A stretch of DNA of 64,000 nt from the human T2T-CHM13v2.0 reference genome, Homo sapiens. The DNA lies in NCBI RefSeq assembly GCF_009914755.1, contig NC_060932.1; one strand, 5' to 3'. The notes under the pieces are model-generated. The model saw nothing but the letters and a program-made list of their open reading frames with translations, ran no database searches and was not told where the DNA came from. Shown piece after piece: positions 1 through 22,486 of the stretch. Each line of letters starts with the position of its first letter. Within the stretch, counting starts at the first letter, position 1. Both the position numbers and the translations under genes were made by a program.

Positions 1-81
1 CTTGATCTCTTGACCTTTTGATCTGCCCGCCTCGGCTTCCAAAGTGCTGGGATTACAGGCGTGAGCCACCGCGCCTGGCCA

Positions 82-399
82 GCACGCTGTTTTAATGAGT
101 GCCTGGGTGCGGGAGGGCTGAGACCTAAAATCACATCAGTATCCAATGAGGATGGGGCTGGGGTTTCACAGTTTCCTGTAAACAGGAAGTGTCTCAGTCT
201 GATGTAAATGCTACGCGGTACCCGGAAGGCCTCTCTTCAGGGGGTATGTGTCTTCCGCCAGCTCTCTTCTATCTGCTTCCGCTATCTTGCTGAGACACGC
301 TGCTGGCGCCAAGTGGTCTTGCGGCTTGGGACTGGGCCTGAGAAGGGAGGAGTTATTCATTCCCTTAAGCTTTCAGGCCCCGGAGGGGGGAATCTTTCA
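82..399 (-). mobile_element. MER48-like LTR (HERV-F group), interrupted by the Alu at 1-80
   Basis: Homologous to the LTRs at 19039 and 22009. Terminus TGAAAGATTC on the minus strand. Confidence 0.8.
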
Positions 400-1075
400 G
401 AAACTTTCATTGCAAGTTAATTTGGAACATTTTGATAGAATGCTATTTTAAATAATTACTACACTTTTCTCCCTGTTTTATACCTAAATATGGAATTTAC
501 CTTATTTTGCAGCCAACTTGCCTAGAAAAGAAATAATATAATAAAAATCTAAAAACTTTTTTGAGCCCTACCCACTAATATTCTTCCCTTTGCCCTCTGT
601 GCTCTACCCCTACTGATTCTATCCTCTCAATTCTGAAACGTGTTCTTCCCTCCCTTCCCTCTACTACTCTTCTCCCCCTGCATTTTGCCTTGGGTATTCT
701 TATTTTTCATGTTTCAGCTTAAAATTACTAATTTTCTCAAGAAGGCACTTACCATACCATTATAAGGTTTAAACGCTTTTGCCACATGCTCCCATGTACT
801 TCCTTTTGCTAACATTTATTTGACTTGTAATTATTTTTTACTACCTGCCTCCCACTGGACTATAATCATAACTTGGGCAAGGACACTGCCTGGCACATAA
901 GGGGCATGTAGTAAATATTAAATAAATTAAATTGAGCTTTATATGTTGAACATATAAAACAGGCATATTAGGCCAGAATCTCCATCTACAAACTCAGACG
1001 CAAGAAATATAACTTGATTTCTACAATTCCACTTTATTTCTATTTCACGGCATCCTTTTACAAGGCTGGTAGAAA

Positions 1076-2429
1076 TGAGAGGTGACAGCCTGCTGGCAGT
1101 CCTCACAGCCCTCGCTCGCTCTGGGCACCTGCTCTGCCTGGGCTCCCACTTTGGCGGCACTTGAGGAGCCCTTCAGTCCACGGCTGCACTGTGGGAGCCC
1201 CTTTCTGGGCTGGCCAAGGCCAGAGCCGGCTCCCTCAGCTTGCAGGGAGGTGTGGAGGGAGAGGCGCCAGCGGGAACCGGGGCTGAGCGAGGCGCTTGCG
1301 GGCCAGCTGGAGTTCCGGGTGGGCGGGGGCTTGGCGGACCCCGCACTCGGAGCAGCTGGCCTGCCCTGCCAGCCCTGGGCAATGAGGGGATTAGCACCCA
1401 GGCCAGCGGCCCACCAGCGCTGCACTCGATTTCTCACCGGGCCTTAGCTGCCTTCCCTCAGGGCAGGCCTCGGGACCTGCAGCCCGCCATGCCTGAGCCT
1501 CCCACCCCCTCCATGGGCTCCTGTGCTGCCCGAGCCTCCCCAACGAGCGCCACCCCCTGCTCCACGGCACCCAGTCCCATCCACCACTCAAGGGCTGAGG
1601 AGTGCGGGCACACAGCACTGGGACTGGCAGGCAGCTCCACCTGCAGCCCCGGTGCGGGATCCACTGGGTGAAGCCAGCTGGGCTCCTGAGTCTGGTGGGG
1701 ACGTGGAGAACCTTTATGTCTAGCTCAGGGATCGTAAATACACCAATCAGCACCCTGTGTCTAGCTCAGGGTTTGTGAATGCACCAATGGACGCTCTGTA
1801 TCTAGCTACTCTGGTGGGGTCTTGGAAAACCTTTGTGTCCACACTCTATATCTAGTTAATCTAGTGGGGACGTGGAGAACCTTTGTGTCTAGCTCATGGA
1901 TTGTAAATGCACCAATCAGCACCCTGTCAAAACAGACCACTGCGCTCTACCAATCAGCAGGATGTGGGTGGGGCCAGATAAGAGAATAAAAGCAGGCTGC
2001 CCCAGCCAGCAGTGGCAACCCGCTCGGGTCCCCTTCCACACTGTGGAAGCTTTGTTCTTTTGCTCTTTGCAATAAATCCTGCCACTGCTCACTCTTTGGG
2101 TTCACACTGCTTTTATGAGCTGTAACACTCGCTGCGAAGGTCCAAAGCTTCACTCCTGAAGCCAGCGAGACCACGAGCCCACCGGGAGGAATGAATAACT
2201 CCAGACCCGCCCTCTTAAGAGCTGTAACACTCACTCCGAAGGTCTGCAGCTTCACTCCTGAGTCAGCTAGACTACGAACTCACCAGAGGGAAGAAACTCT
2301 GAACACATCCGAACATCAGAAGGAACAAACTCCAGACGTGCCACCTTAAGAGCTGTAACACTCACCGCGAGGGTCCGCGGCTTCATTCTTGAAGTCAGTG
2401 AGACCAAGAACCCACCAATTCCGGGCACA
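1076..2429 (+). mobile_element. Solo LTR12 (LTR12C-like, ERV9)
   Basis: TGAGAGGTGACAGC...CCAATTCCGGGCACA termini, ~40-bp CCAAT-containing U3 repeats, AGAATAAAAGCAGG box, U5 repeats. TSD not clearly resolved. Confidence 0.93.
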
Positions 2430-3721
2430 AATTTTGTGTTGGTCAATTCCATGTCTTTCCCTCTTTTTTCTCTCGTGATTGTATGGAGCCAAAGTCTTAC
2501 TAAAATGAAGCTCTTTTATCCTCACTGTCATCTGTCCCTTCGGTCACTGAGATATCCATTTCTCATTTGGCCATTTTGAATTAGTCCAAGATTTCTCTGG
2601 AGTCATCCTTGTTCCTATTCCAGACCCCTCTGAGCCAGGGTCTCTCTCCTCTACTCTCCATTATTGGATCCACGGGACCCGCTCGGTTACCCGGGTCCTG
2701 AAACCTGGCTCAGGGGAACTCCCCTGAGGCTAGGAGCGCACCTGCACAGACACACTTCACAGCTGCTTCCAGTGAGTCTGGGCGCATTGCTGGAGTCCAC
2801 CTGGGAAGTAAGGAAGTGGTATGGACCTCTCGCCCCCACATGGGGTAGTTCTTTCTGGAGCTCAGCAGGGGCAATTTGTTTCTCTCGGGCCCTCCCACGA
2901 CCCTCCTCTCAGACTTTCCAAACTCCTCTCAACCTTGGGGATTCTTGTTTGCAAAGGGTGTGTAGGGACATGGAAGAGGAAGAGCTGTATTCTTTCTGAT
3001 ATCCTCCAACTCTTCTGTCTATTCTTCAGTTTCTTTTTATCTGTAGGTCTCTGCTTTTAAAACTCAAAAGCCAAGAAGAGACTCCCCCTAACCTTTTTAT
3101 TTTTTCTGTAGCCACATCCTTTCCATGAGTGTAAACCTAAGAGTCCAGCTGCTGCTTAAATATGGAAAAAGGATCAAGAAGCAAAAGGAAAAGGGAGAAA
3201 AGAGAAGAGGGGGTTTGGATAGAGACCGATAAATATTGCAAAATCAGTCTCCTGCTTCATAAGTATAATTGTAACTCCTGAATGAAATATTCGTGATGGG
3301 TTTCTAAAGATGAATTTAAGACTATTTGCTAATTTTAAGTGTGTGAATGTGGTAAAGTGCAATTACTCTGCTGTTTTATAGCACATCCCCAGGCATCAGA
3401 GAGAACTAGCATTGGGTGAGTCCCCGCTGGGCCTCAGGCACTGGGCGCAAGATTCAGAGCAACCCTGTGAGATGGGCACCATGATTCCATTTTTTAAATT
3501 AAGAAACTGGCCTGTTGCTGCGGCTCAGGACTGTAATCCCAGCACTTTGGGAGGCTGAGGCAGGAGGATCTCTTAAGGCCAGGGGTTTGAGGTTATAGTG
3601 AGCTGTGGTTGCACCCCTGAATTCCAGCCTGGGCAACAGAGAGAGACCCTTTCTCTTAAAAACAAATAAATAAATAATTTAAAAGTAAAACATTGAAGTA
3701 AGGAAACCAAGGAAGCATTAA

Positions 3722-4100
<379 letters not shown>

Positions 4101-4310
4101 TAGGCTAGATTATGACCCAACCACCACTTTTAATCAGCTACAAATGACATATCTGTTTAATCTATACATTGCTTTCTAATATATTTAACTTAGAGAACTA
4201 CAATACTCCTGTAAAATTTTGTTTAATAATTCAGTATCATAGTCTATATCAACAAGAAGGAACACTTAGTTATCACAATGTGTCAATCACTATGCTTGTT
4301 ACTTTAAATA

Positions 4311-5110
4311 CAGTCAATCTTCATTATTTTCAGATTCTGTATTTGCAAATATGTCCACTCATTAAAATTTATTTGTATGCCAGGCATGCTCCCTCACACC
4401 TGTAATCCCAGCACCTTGGGAAGCCGAGGCGGGCAGATCACTTGATGCCAGGAGTTCGAGACCAGCGTGACCAACATGGCGAACCCCCCAACCCCCCATC
4501 TGTAAAAAAAAAAAATTTGTAACCCCCAAATCAACACTCCAGTGCTTTCATAGTCACAGACATACACGTGCACAGAACAGAAAAAAAAAAAATTGCATTG
4601 CTGGAGGAGGCCCATTTTCCCAGCTGAACTCAAACCAGGTGATACTCCGCCGCCTTCTTTTAGTTCTTACACAGTAAACAAGTTTCTTTTTTGTGATCTT
4701 CATAGTGCCACATTTTTTACATTTGTGTACTTTTTCTTGGTGATTTTGTTGTCTGAAATGGCTCCCAAGTGTAGTTCTGAAGTGCTGTCCAGTGTTCCTA
4801 ATTGAAGAAGCTGTAATGTGTCTTATGAAGAAAATTAAGTATGTTAAAGAAACTTCCTTCAGGCAGCAGTTATAGCGCTTTGGCCATGAGTTCAGTGTTA
4901 ATGAATCAATAGTTTATATTAAATAAGGTGTCTTTAAACAGAAACAGGAATAAAACAAGGTTACCTGGTTATCCCCTGATGAGAATGTTGTGACCAGGGG
5001 CTTGAGGGAACCTAACCCTATGTTATGCCCAGGAGCAATGGCTCTGTAATGTCTAATTCAATGTTTGAGATGACTTTATAGAACTACTGTGGATAAGAAA
5101 AAATTGACTG
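4311..5110. mobile_element. TcMar-Tigger MITE (MER82-like) with nested Alu monomer (4378-4515)
   Basis: TA|CAGTCAAT ... ATTGACTG|TA terminal inverted repeats with TA target site. Confidence 0.7.
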
Positions 5111-5571
5111 TACGTTTGCTTGTATAAGCTAATTCTTTAAAAAATTTTTATTATGAAAAATTTCAAATAGATAAGTAAAGAGAATAGAAAGGAAACCCTG
5201 GGGACCTATCATCACCCAGCCTCAAAAATTACCAACTCACCCAAACTTGTTTTCTCTTTAACCATCTAATTCCTTCTCTCCTCCTTGCATTTGACACAAA
5301 TCCCAGACATTGTATCATTTCAACCTTATCTACTTTATACGTTAAATTCCTGTTAAATTTTTTAAATTATAAGAATAGAAAATCTGAAATCTGGAAAAGT
5401 TACAAGGAGGAGAAAATAACCATGTAAATTAATACCGAATTAACATTTTATTTTTTCTCAGTCTTTTTATGTATAAATTAAAAAATTGGAATCATTCTGA
5501 TTAGATTTCTTTTCATATAAAGTTAAATTGTTTTAAATAACATTAAACATTCTTCAAAAATATAGTGAAAT

Positions 5572-5882
5572 AGGCTCTGCATGGTGGTTCACAACTGTAA
5601 TCTCAGCACTTTGGAAAGCCAAGGCGGGTAGATCACTTGAGTCCAGTAGTTCAAGACCAGCCTGGACAACATGGTGAAACCCCGTCTCTACCAAAAAATA
5701 CAAAAATTAACTGGGCATGGTGGTGCAAGCCTATAATCCCAACTACTTGAGACGCTGAGGTGGGAGGATCACCTGAGCCCTGGAAGGTAGAGGCTACGGT
5801 GAGCTATGATCACATCATTGCAGTCCAGCAAGGGTGACAGAGGGAGATCCTGTCTCAAAAATGTGTGTGTGTGTGTGTGTGT
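5572..5882 (+). mobile_element. Alu with (TG)n tail
   Basis: Alu dimer sequence followed by about (TG)10. Confidence 0.85.
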
Positions 5883-6389
5883 CTGTATGTGTAAAATAAA
5901 ATATAACATTTTACACATTCTCATTTAATGTCATATTTTTTTCATATCTGCCCTACTTTTTAAGAGAGATGTGACTACTTATTTATTTAAAATTAATGTC
6001 ATTTGAGATAATTGTAGATTCATATAAGCTGTAAGAAAGAATACAGACAATAAAGTATATAGTTTGTCAACTTAAAAGGAAGAAGCTGAGGCAAAATTAA
6101 CGTAGAGAGTTTATCTGGGCCAAGTTTGAGGACTGCAGACCAGGACGTACTTCCACCTTACCTTGAGGAGTGCTCTGGGAACAAAGGAGAGGATCACATT
6201 TTTAAAGAAAAAGGGATGAATCAGCAGAGGGAGTGATTACAAAAGTTTTGTCAGGAATTCTCATTGGTTTACAGAAATAACATTGGTTAGTGATTGGTGA
6301 TACATTGTTGAACTCTAGGGTGTGTGGCATTTTATGGCTGCTTGGCATTATTAGTCTAAAGCCCACATAACAAGTGACTTTAACAGTTG

Positions 6390-9310
<2,921 letters not shown>

Positions 9311-10057
9311 ATCTGGATTGATTTTTTAAAACCTCTCAAGGCTAGGAAGCCAAGCCAAGGATTCACCATCAGACTGTGCCTATAATACATGTACAAATTG
9401 GGTGAATTTCTCTCTTCTTGAAGTTCGAAAATATCTTGAGTTTCCTAGGCCTGTCAGAAAGTAACATTCTTCACTTACCATAGGTCAAGAATCTTGTGAA
9501 AGAACAGCATAGACAATGTACCAGGCCAGTTTTTCCAAGAGGCTTTTTTTTTAAATTAAATCAGTTTTCTTTAAGAATTTCCAACATTGACAACTCTTAT
9601 AAAAAGCATCCAAGCACAGGACACAGAACTGCAGCAAACAGCACTCTTATGGGTAGCTAACAGACATTAGAACTTCCACTCTTCTTTGAGACACCTAAGC
9701 TAACTGGCGAACTCTGCTTCCAAGTACTCTTGCAAAGCACACTGCAAGTTCAGTCCATGTTCTCAACCCATCAGCTTCAGTTCACATTACCACACTTACT
9801 TATCAGTAACAGAAGAGAACACACACCATACAGCATTCACAGCAGTTGACAAAGGGGTTGGGAGAATACAAGTATAATTTCACTTAACGCATTCAACTAA
9901 TGTAGGTTATCCAAGAACAAAAACTCACTTAAAGTCTTCCAACAGATGTGGATGTCCTTTGAATGCAAAAAAAAATTCATACATTATTTGCTATCATTGC
10001 CTTCTGCACACTGTCTCATCAAAGCCACAGGATTGAGAGGCACATCTCACTAAGTTA

Positions 10058-10358
<301 letters not shown>

Positions 10359-10621
10359 ATATATATATGTATATATGTATATATATACACACACATATAT
10401 ATATATCCATTATGCACTACCAAGTCTCTGCACGCGCTCTCTCCTTTTCTCACTCATACTAACCTTTCATGCCTCCGCACCACCATCAGTCCCACACAAG
10501 GTTTCAAAAGTTGTAACAGCCTTCTGGTTCCATATCACAGCCTTGCATTCATAGCGTTGATACTACTCCATGAAATAAAGAATACTAGATAAAAATGGGC
10601 CTGTGATGCGTGATGACGAAT

Positions 10622-10922
10622 TCTTTTTTTTTTTTTTTTTTAGACAGGGTCTGACTGCGTCACCCAGGCTGGAGTGCGGTAGCGCAGTCTCGGCTCGCTG
10701 CAACCTCCGTTCCCCTGGATTCAAGCGATTCTCCTGCCTCAGCCTTCTGAGTAGCTGGGATTACAGGCGCCTGCCACCACACCCGGGTAATTTTTGTATT
10801 TTTAGTAGAGACAGGGTTTCACCATGTTAGCCAGGATGGTCTCGATTTCCTGACCTTGTGATCCGCCCGCCTTGGCCTCCCAAAGTGCTGGGATTACAGG
10901 CGTGAGCCACCGCGTCCAGCCA
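10622..10922 (-). mobile_element. Alu in the TARDBP retrocopy 3'UTR
   Basis: Alu dimer, TSD approx tgatgacgaattctt / tgatgaattctt. Confidence 0.92.
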
Positions 10923-12079
10923 ATGATGAATTCTTAAATGAGAAAGCATGTAGACAGGAAGTATTCCTATGGCAGAATATTTACAGCATTACTTTCAATG
11001 AAGTGCTTCTTCCATAAACATTTGAAATGAGATGAACTGCAGAGATTAAATGAAGGCTATTGTGCTTTTGTATATGAGAGAAGAAAAGTGTTAAGAAACA
11101 AAAGAACTAAATGCTGTGACACCATGATCTCCCAAAAGGAGATTTTCTTAAGGAAAAAAATCCATATGGTGGGGTTCAAATTAAAACAAGGAGTAAAGAA
11201 TGTAGTTCTAATCAATGGTTTCCATTTTGAACATGCAAAGAATTCACTTGACAAGTCCAGGGATAAAATATTACAGAAGCCTTTTGATATCAACTGTAGT
11301 GTGTTGGTTTACCAATCAGGCAAACAGCAGTTCACTTTCAACCACAATATTTCAATCCTTTACGTAACAAAACGTAAAATTCCTTTAGCTCTTCTTTTTT
11401 CTAAAGAAAAATGTCAAAAATACTACTGAATATACTACACACTGAACAAACCAATTTTGAAAATTCTTAGTACATATGTATTTTACAATATACTTACCAT
11501 GAGTTTAGAAAAATTTGAATTCCCACCATTCTGTACCAAGCAACCACAACCCCACCATCTACATTCCCCAGCCAGAAGACTTAGAATCCATGCTTGAGCC
11601 AAAGCCTTCTTTAAAACCACTGCCCCACCCTGCTTTTGATGCTGATCCCCAACCAATTGCTGCCCCAGAATTAGAACCACTATGAGTTATTTCCAGAATC
11701 GAAGGCCTGGTTTGGCTCCCTCTGCATGTTGCCTTGGCTTTGGTTATTACACAATGGGCCTGACTGGCTCTGCTGGCTGGCTAACATGCCCATGATACCC
11801 CAACTGCTCTGTAGCACTGCCTGGGCTGCAGCCATCATGGCTGGATTAATGCTGAACTCACCAAAGTTTATCCCACCACCCATAATACTACCTTGGTTGT
11901 TTCCCAAACCAGCTCCATCCCCTCTACTATTACCAAATCCACCCTGATTCCCAAAGCCACCTGGATTACCACCAAATCTTCCACTTCTTTCTATTGCTAT
12001 TGTGCTTAGGTTGGCATTGGGTATTTTAACACTGATTCCTTTAATGATCAAGTCCTCTCCACAAAAAGATTGTGCAACC

Positions 12080-12547
12080 CACATATGTTTATTGCAGCAC
12101 ATTCACAATAGCAAAGACTTGGAACCAACCTAAACGTCCAACAATGATAGACTGGATTAAGAAAATGTGGCACATATACACCATGGAATACTATGCAGCC
12201 ATAAAAAAGGATGAGTTCATGTCCTTTGTAGGAACATGGATGAAGCTAGAAACCATCATTCTGAGCAAACTACCGCGAGGACAGAAAACCGAACACCGGA
12301 TGTTCTCACTCAGAGGTGGGAATTGAACAATGAGAACACCTGGACACAGGGAGGAGAGCATCACACACCCAGGCCTGTCAGGTGGTGCGGGGCTGGGGGA
12401 GCGGTAGCATTAGGAGAAATACGTAATGTAAATGATGAGCTGACGGGTGCAGCAAAACAACATGGCACATGTATACCTATGTAATAAACCTGCATGTTGT
12501 GCACATGTACCCTAGAACATAAAGTATAATAAAAATTAAAAAAAGAG
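12080..12547 (+). mobile_element. 5'-truncated L1PA 3' end inserted in the RRM2-coding part of the TARDBP retrocopy
   Basis: ORF2 C-terminus [25 protein letters not shown], 3'UTR and A tail. TSD approx agattgtgcaacc / agattgagcaacc. Confidence 0.92.
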
Positions 12548-13500
12548 AGAGATTGAGCAACCTGATCATCTGCAAATGTAACAAAGGCAAAGGCCCTGAA
12601 CGGCTTGGGGATGAAGACATCCACCACTTCCCCGTACTGACAGAAGAACTGCGACAGCTCATCCACAGTTATGTTCTCTGTACTGCCCCAAAAACACTTT
12701 TCTGCTTCTCAATGTTCATCTGGGCTTTGCTTAGAATTAGCAAGTTTACAGTCACACCATTGTCCATCCATCATATGTCAATGTGACATTACTTTCACCT
12801 GTGTTTCATATTCTATAAAATGAATAAAGCCAAACCCCTTTGAATGACCAGTCTTAATATCTTTCTTGACCTGCACCGTAAGAACTTCTCCAAAGGTACT
12901 AAAATATTCTTTCAGATCCTGTTCAGTTGTTTTCCACGGGACACCCAAAACTTTTCACTTTCACTGCTGATGAAGCATCTGTCTCATCCATTTTGCTTTT
13001 GTTGTCTTTGGGATAGTTGAAAACATACACCAGATTTCCCCAGCCAGCATCGGGGGCATGTAGAATTCCTTCTACCAGCCGGAAACCTCTCATACATTGA
13101 GACACTGGATTCCTGTAGCAAAGCCCATGTGCCCCTGGGCTGTAACAGTGGACAGCAGCACCGTCCCTTCGTCCTCTGAAGGTATTTAAATGGGCTCATT
13201 GTTCTCATCTTTGGTTACCCGAATATATTCAGACATCTTTTACTTTTCTGCTAGGCTGCTGCTGGGAATCCCAACAGGGACACTGAGGCAGCAACAGATC
13301 CAAGCACAGCCCAACAACCACTTCACTCCCACAAAATGCTAGGGGCTTTTTATCAACTCTATAAAGACAACATCAATTCCTCAAGCAGTCTATTCATATC
13401 TGAAAATATGGCATTCCAATCAAAGCCTTGGTAAAATAACCAGTGTCTCCAGTGTCCTGTTACAAAAGAAAACATATTCTTATTGAACTTATGCAAATAA

Positions 13501-15201
<1,701 letters not shown>

Positions 15202-15528
15202 TTATTTCTCTGGCATACAAGTTAACATAAAATCATAATTATGACTGATAACATATACCAAGACATATCAGAATTTAGAAATATCATAGAATATTGGAAC
15301 ACATGTAACCAACCCATGTATATGTACAAAAATATAACTTAAACACCGTTTCTTATTTGACAATGCTTTCTGTATGATTTTAACATACCAAACAAGCCTA
15401 ATATGTCTCTTTTGGACTTCCAGGGGTTCCTATTATTCCATCCAAGTTAGTCAGGTGAAATAGACTTGATTTTAGAATTTGAAGTTTGATTTTGGGAAGT
15501 ATTTCAAATATCAAAATTTTAAATACTT

Positions 15529-15562
15529 CTCGTTTCTCAGCCTTTTGACTAAGATCAAGTAT
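15529..15562 (+). pseudogene. U2 snRNA 5' fragment (3'-truncated pseudogene)
   Basis: tcgtttctcagccttttgactaagatcaagt vs U2 nt 2-32 TCGCTTCTCGGCCTTTTGGCTAAGATCAAGT: 28/31 identical, all differences transitions. Confidence 0.8.
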
Positions 15563-16123
15563 GAAATGATTGATGTCAAAATAGGGCCACAAGTCACCAT
15601 AAAATAAGTCAGTCATTTAGCCAAAGTGACAATTAAGACATTTCAAAAAACAAACACCTTTACTTTTTGAGAGAGAGGAGACTCAGTTTCCCAGTCAAAA
15701 GACCCAATACAGACAGCATAAGGCCAACGGAATCTATCTTTCCCTCTCTCCCTTCTCTTTCTTTTTTTTTTTTTTTTTGGCAGTTTACACAAAAGGTGAA
15801 CAAAACCTCTTAATATCCCTTATTAATACTACACCAAAATCTTGTTCATACAAGAAAACCAAATTAGACCTTTGCATTAGTATATTATTAATGTGAAAGC
15901 TAATTTTAATAAAAACATAAATAAATCTATCCAATCTCAATCTGCTTTGACCACCTAAGTTTTTTATAAAACTTTTATAACTTTTTATCAATTTTAAAAA
16001 ATTCTTTTATTTTCCCAACGTTTTATATTCATTTAGTTTTTCTACATAATTTTTAAAATGTGAAATGTGTCCAGCCTCTAAACTAGACAAAAGTACTTTG
16101 CATTTAACAAAAACTACATCTTC

Positions 16124-16412
16124 TGGGAGCTAAGTGATGAGAACACATGGACACATAGAGAGGAGCACAAACACCGGGTCCTTTGGGAGGGTGGAGGGTG
16201 GAAGGAAGGAGAGAATCAGGAAAAATAACTAATAGATACTAGGCTTAATATATTTAATAACTAAAAATAACTAATGGGTGCTAAGCTTAATACCTTAGTA
16301 CCTTTCATCAACTGGGTAATAACATAATCTGCACAACAAACCCCATTACACAAATTTACCTATGTAATAAAAGTATACTTGCAGCCCTCAACTTAAAATA
16401 AAAGTTAAAAAA
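16124..16412 (+). mobile_element. Older L1PA 3'UTR fragment
   Basis: gagaacacatggacacatagag...aggaaaaataactaat...cttaaaataaaagttaaaaaaa. Confidence 0.75.
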
Positions 16413-16425
16413 ATATATCGTCATA

Positions 16426-18505
<2,080 letters not shown>

Positions 18506-19038
18506 TAATCCGCCCACCTCAGGCTCCCAAAGTGCTGGGATTACAGGTGTGAGCCACCACGCCCAGCCCACATCCTGTTTTTTTAATACTTTCCATAAAG
18601 AGTTTTCCTCTTGTATCTAGCAGCTTTAATTACATATATTAATTACAATGTTAAATCTTAGTAAGCACTATTTCCAGTGAGAAAACTGGAAGTGATTTGA
18701 ACTGTTTTATGTCAGTATCAATAGATTAAAACCATTTCATAATTTTGAGAAAAATGTCTGCTCATTTTTTATTAGCAGATCTAAGTATATTGAGTTTTTA
18801 AATATTAAACATAAGATGCCAAAGTATATAAACTTTACCTTATGTTTAATAATTAGTGTTTTAATATTTTAACTTATCTAGAAATGACTCAGACTCTTTA
18901 TGCTTACCATTACTTAATTTAACATAACTTTTTAATATTTTAAATTACTAATAAAAAGTTTCTGTGCTTCTTGTTTCCACAGTTTTACCTAGTTTCCTGC
19001 CAATGTTAACGTTTTGCAAAACTGGAGTTCAATATTAC

Positions 19039-22398
<3,360 letters not shown>

Positions 22399-22486
22399 AT
22401 TACGATCAGGATATTGACATCAATATACTAAGATGCAAAATTTTCCCTCAAAACAAGGGTCATTTGCGTTGTTCTTTTATAGCTAA

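Noticed and set aside
2600-3000. Moderately GC-rich unique stretch with a 111-aa ORF downstream of LTR12
   Set aside because: Non-ATG start and no recognisable homology. It cannot be supported as an exon from sequence alone.
11680-12666. TDP-43/L1 chimeric ORFs as a new protein
   Set aside because: They are fragments created by the L1 insertion into a pseudogene with an early stop and frameshifts. No promoter or splice support was seen.
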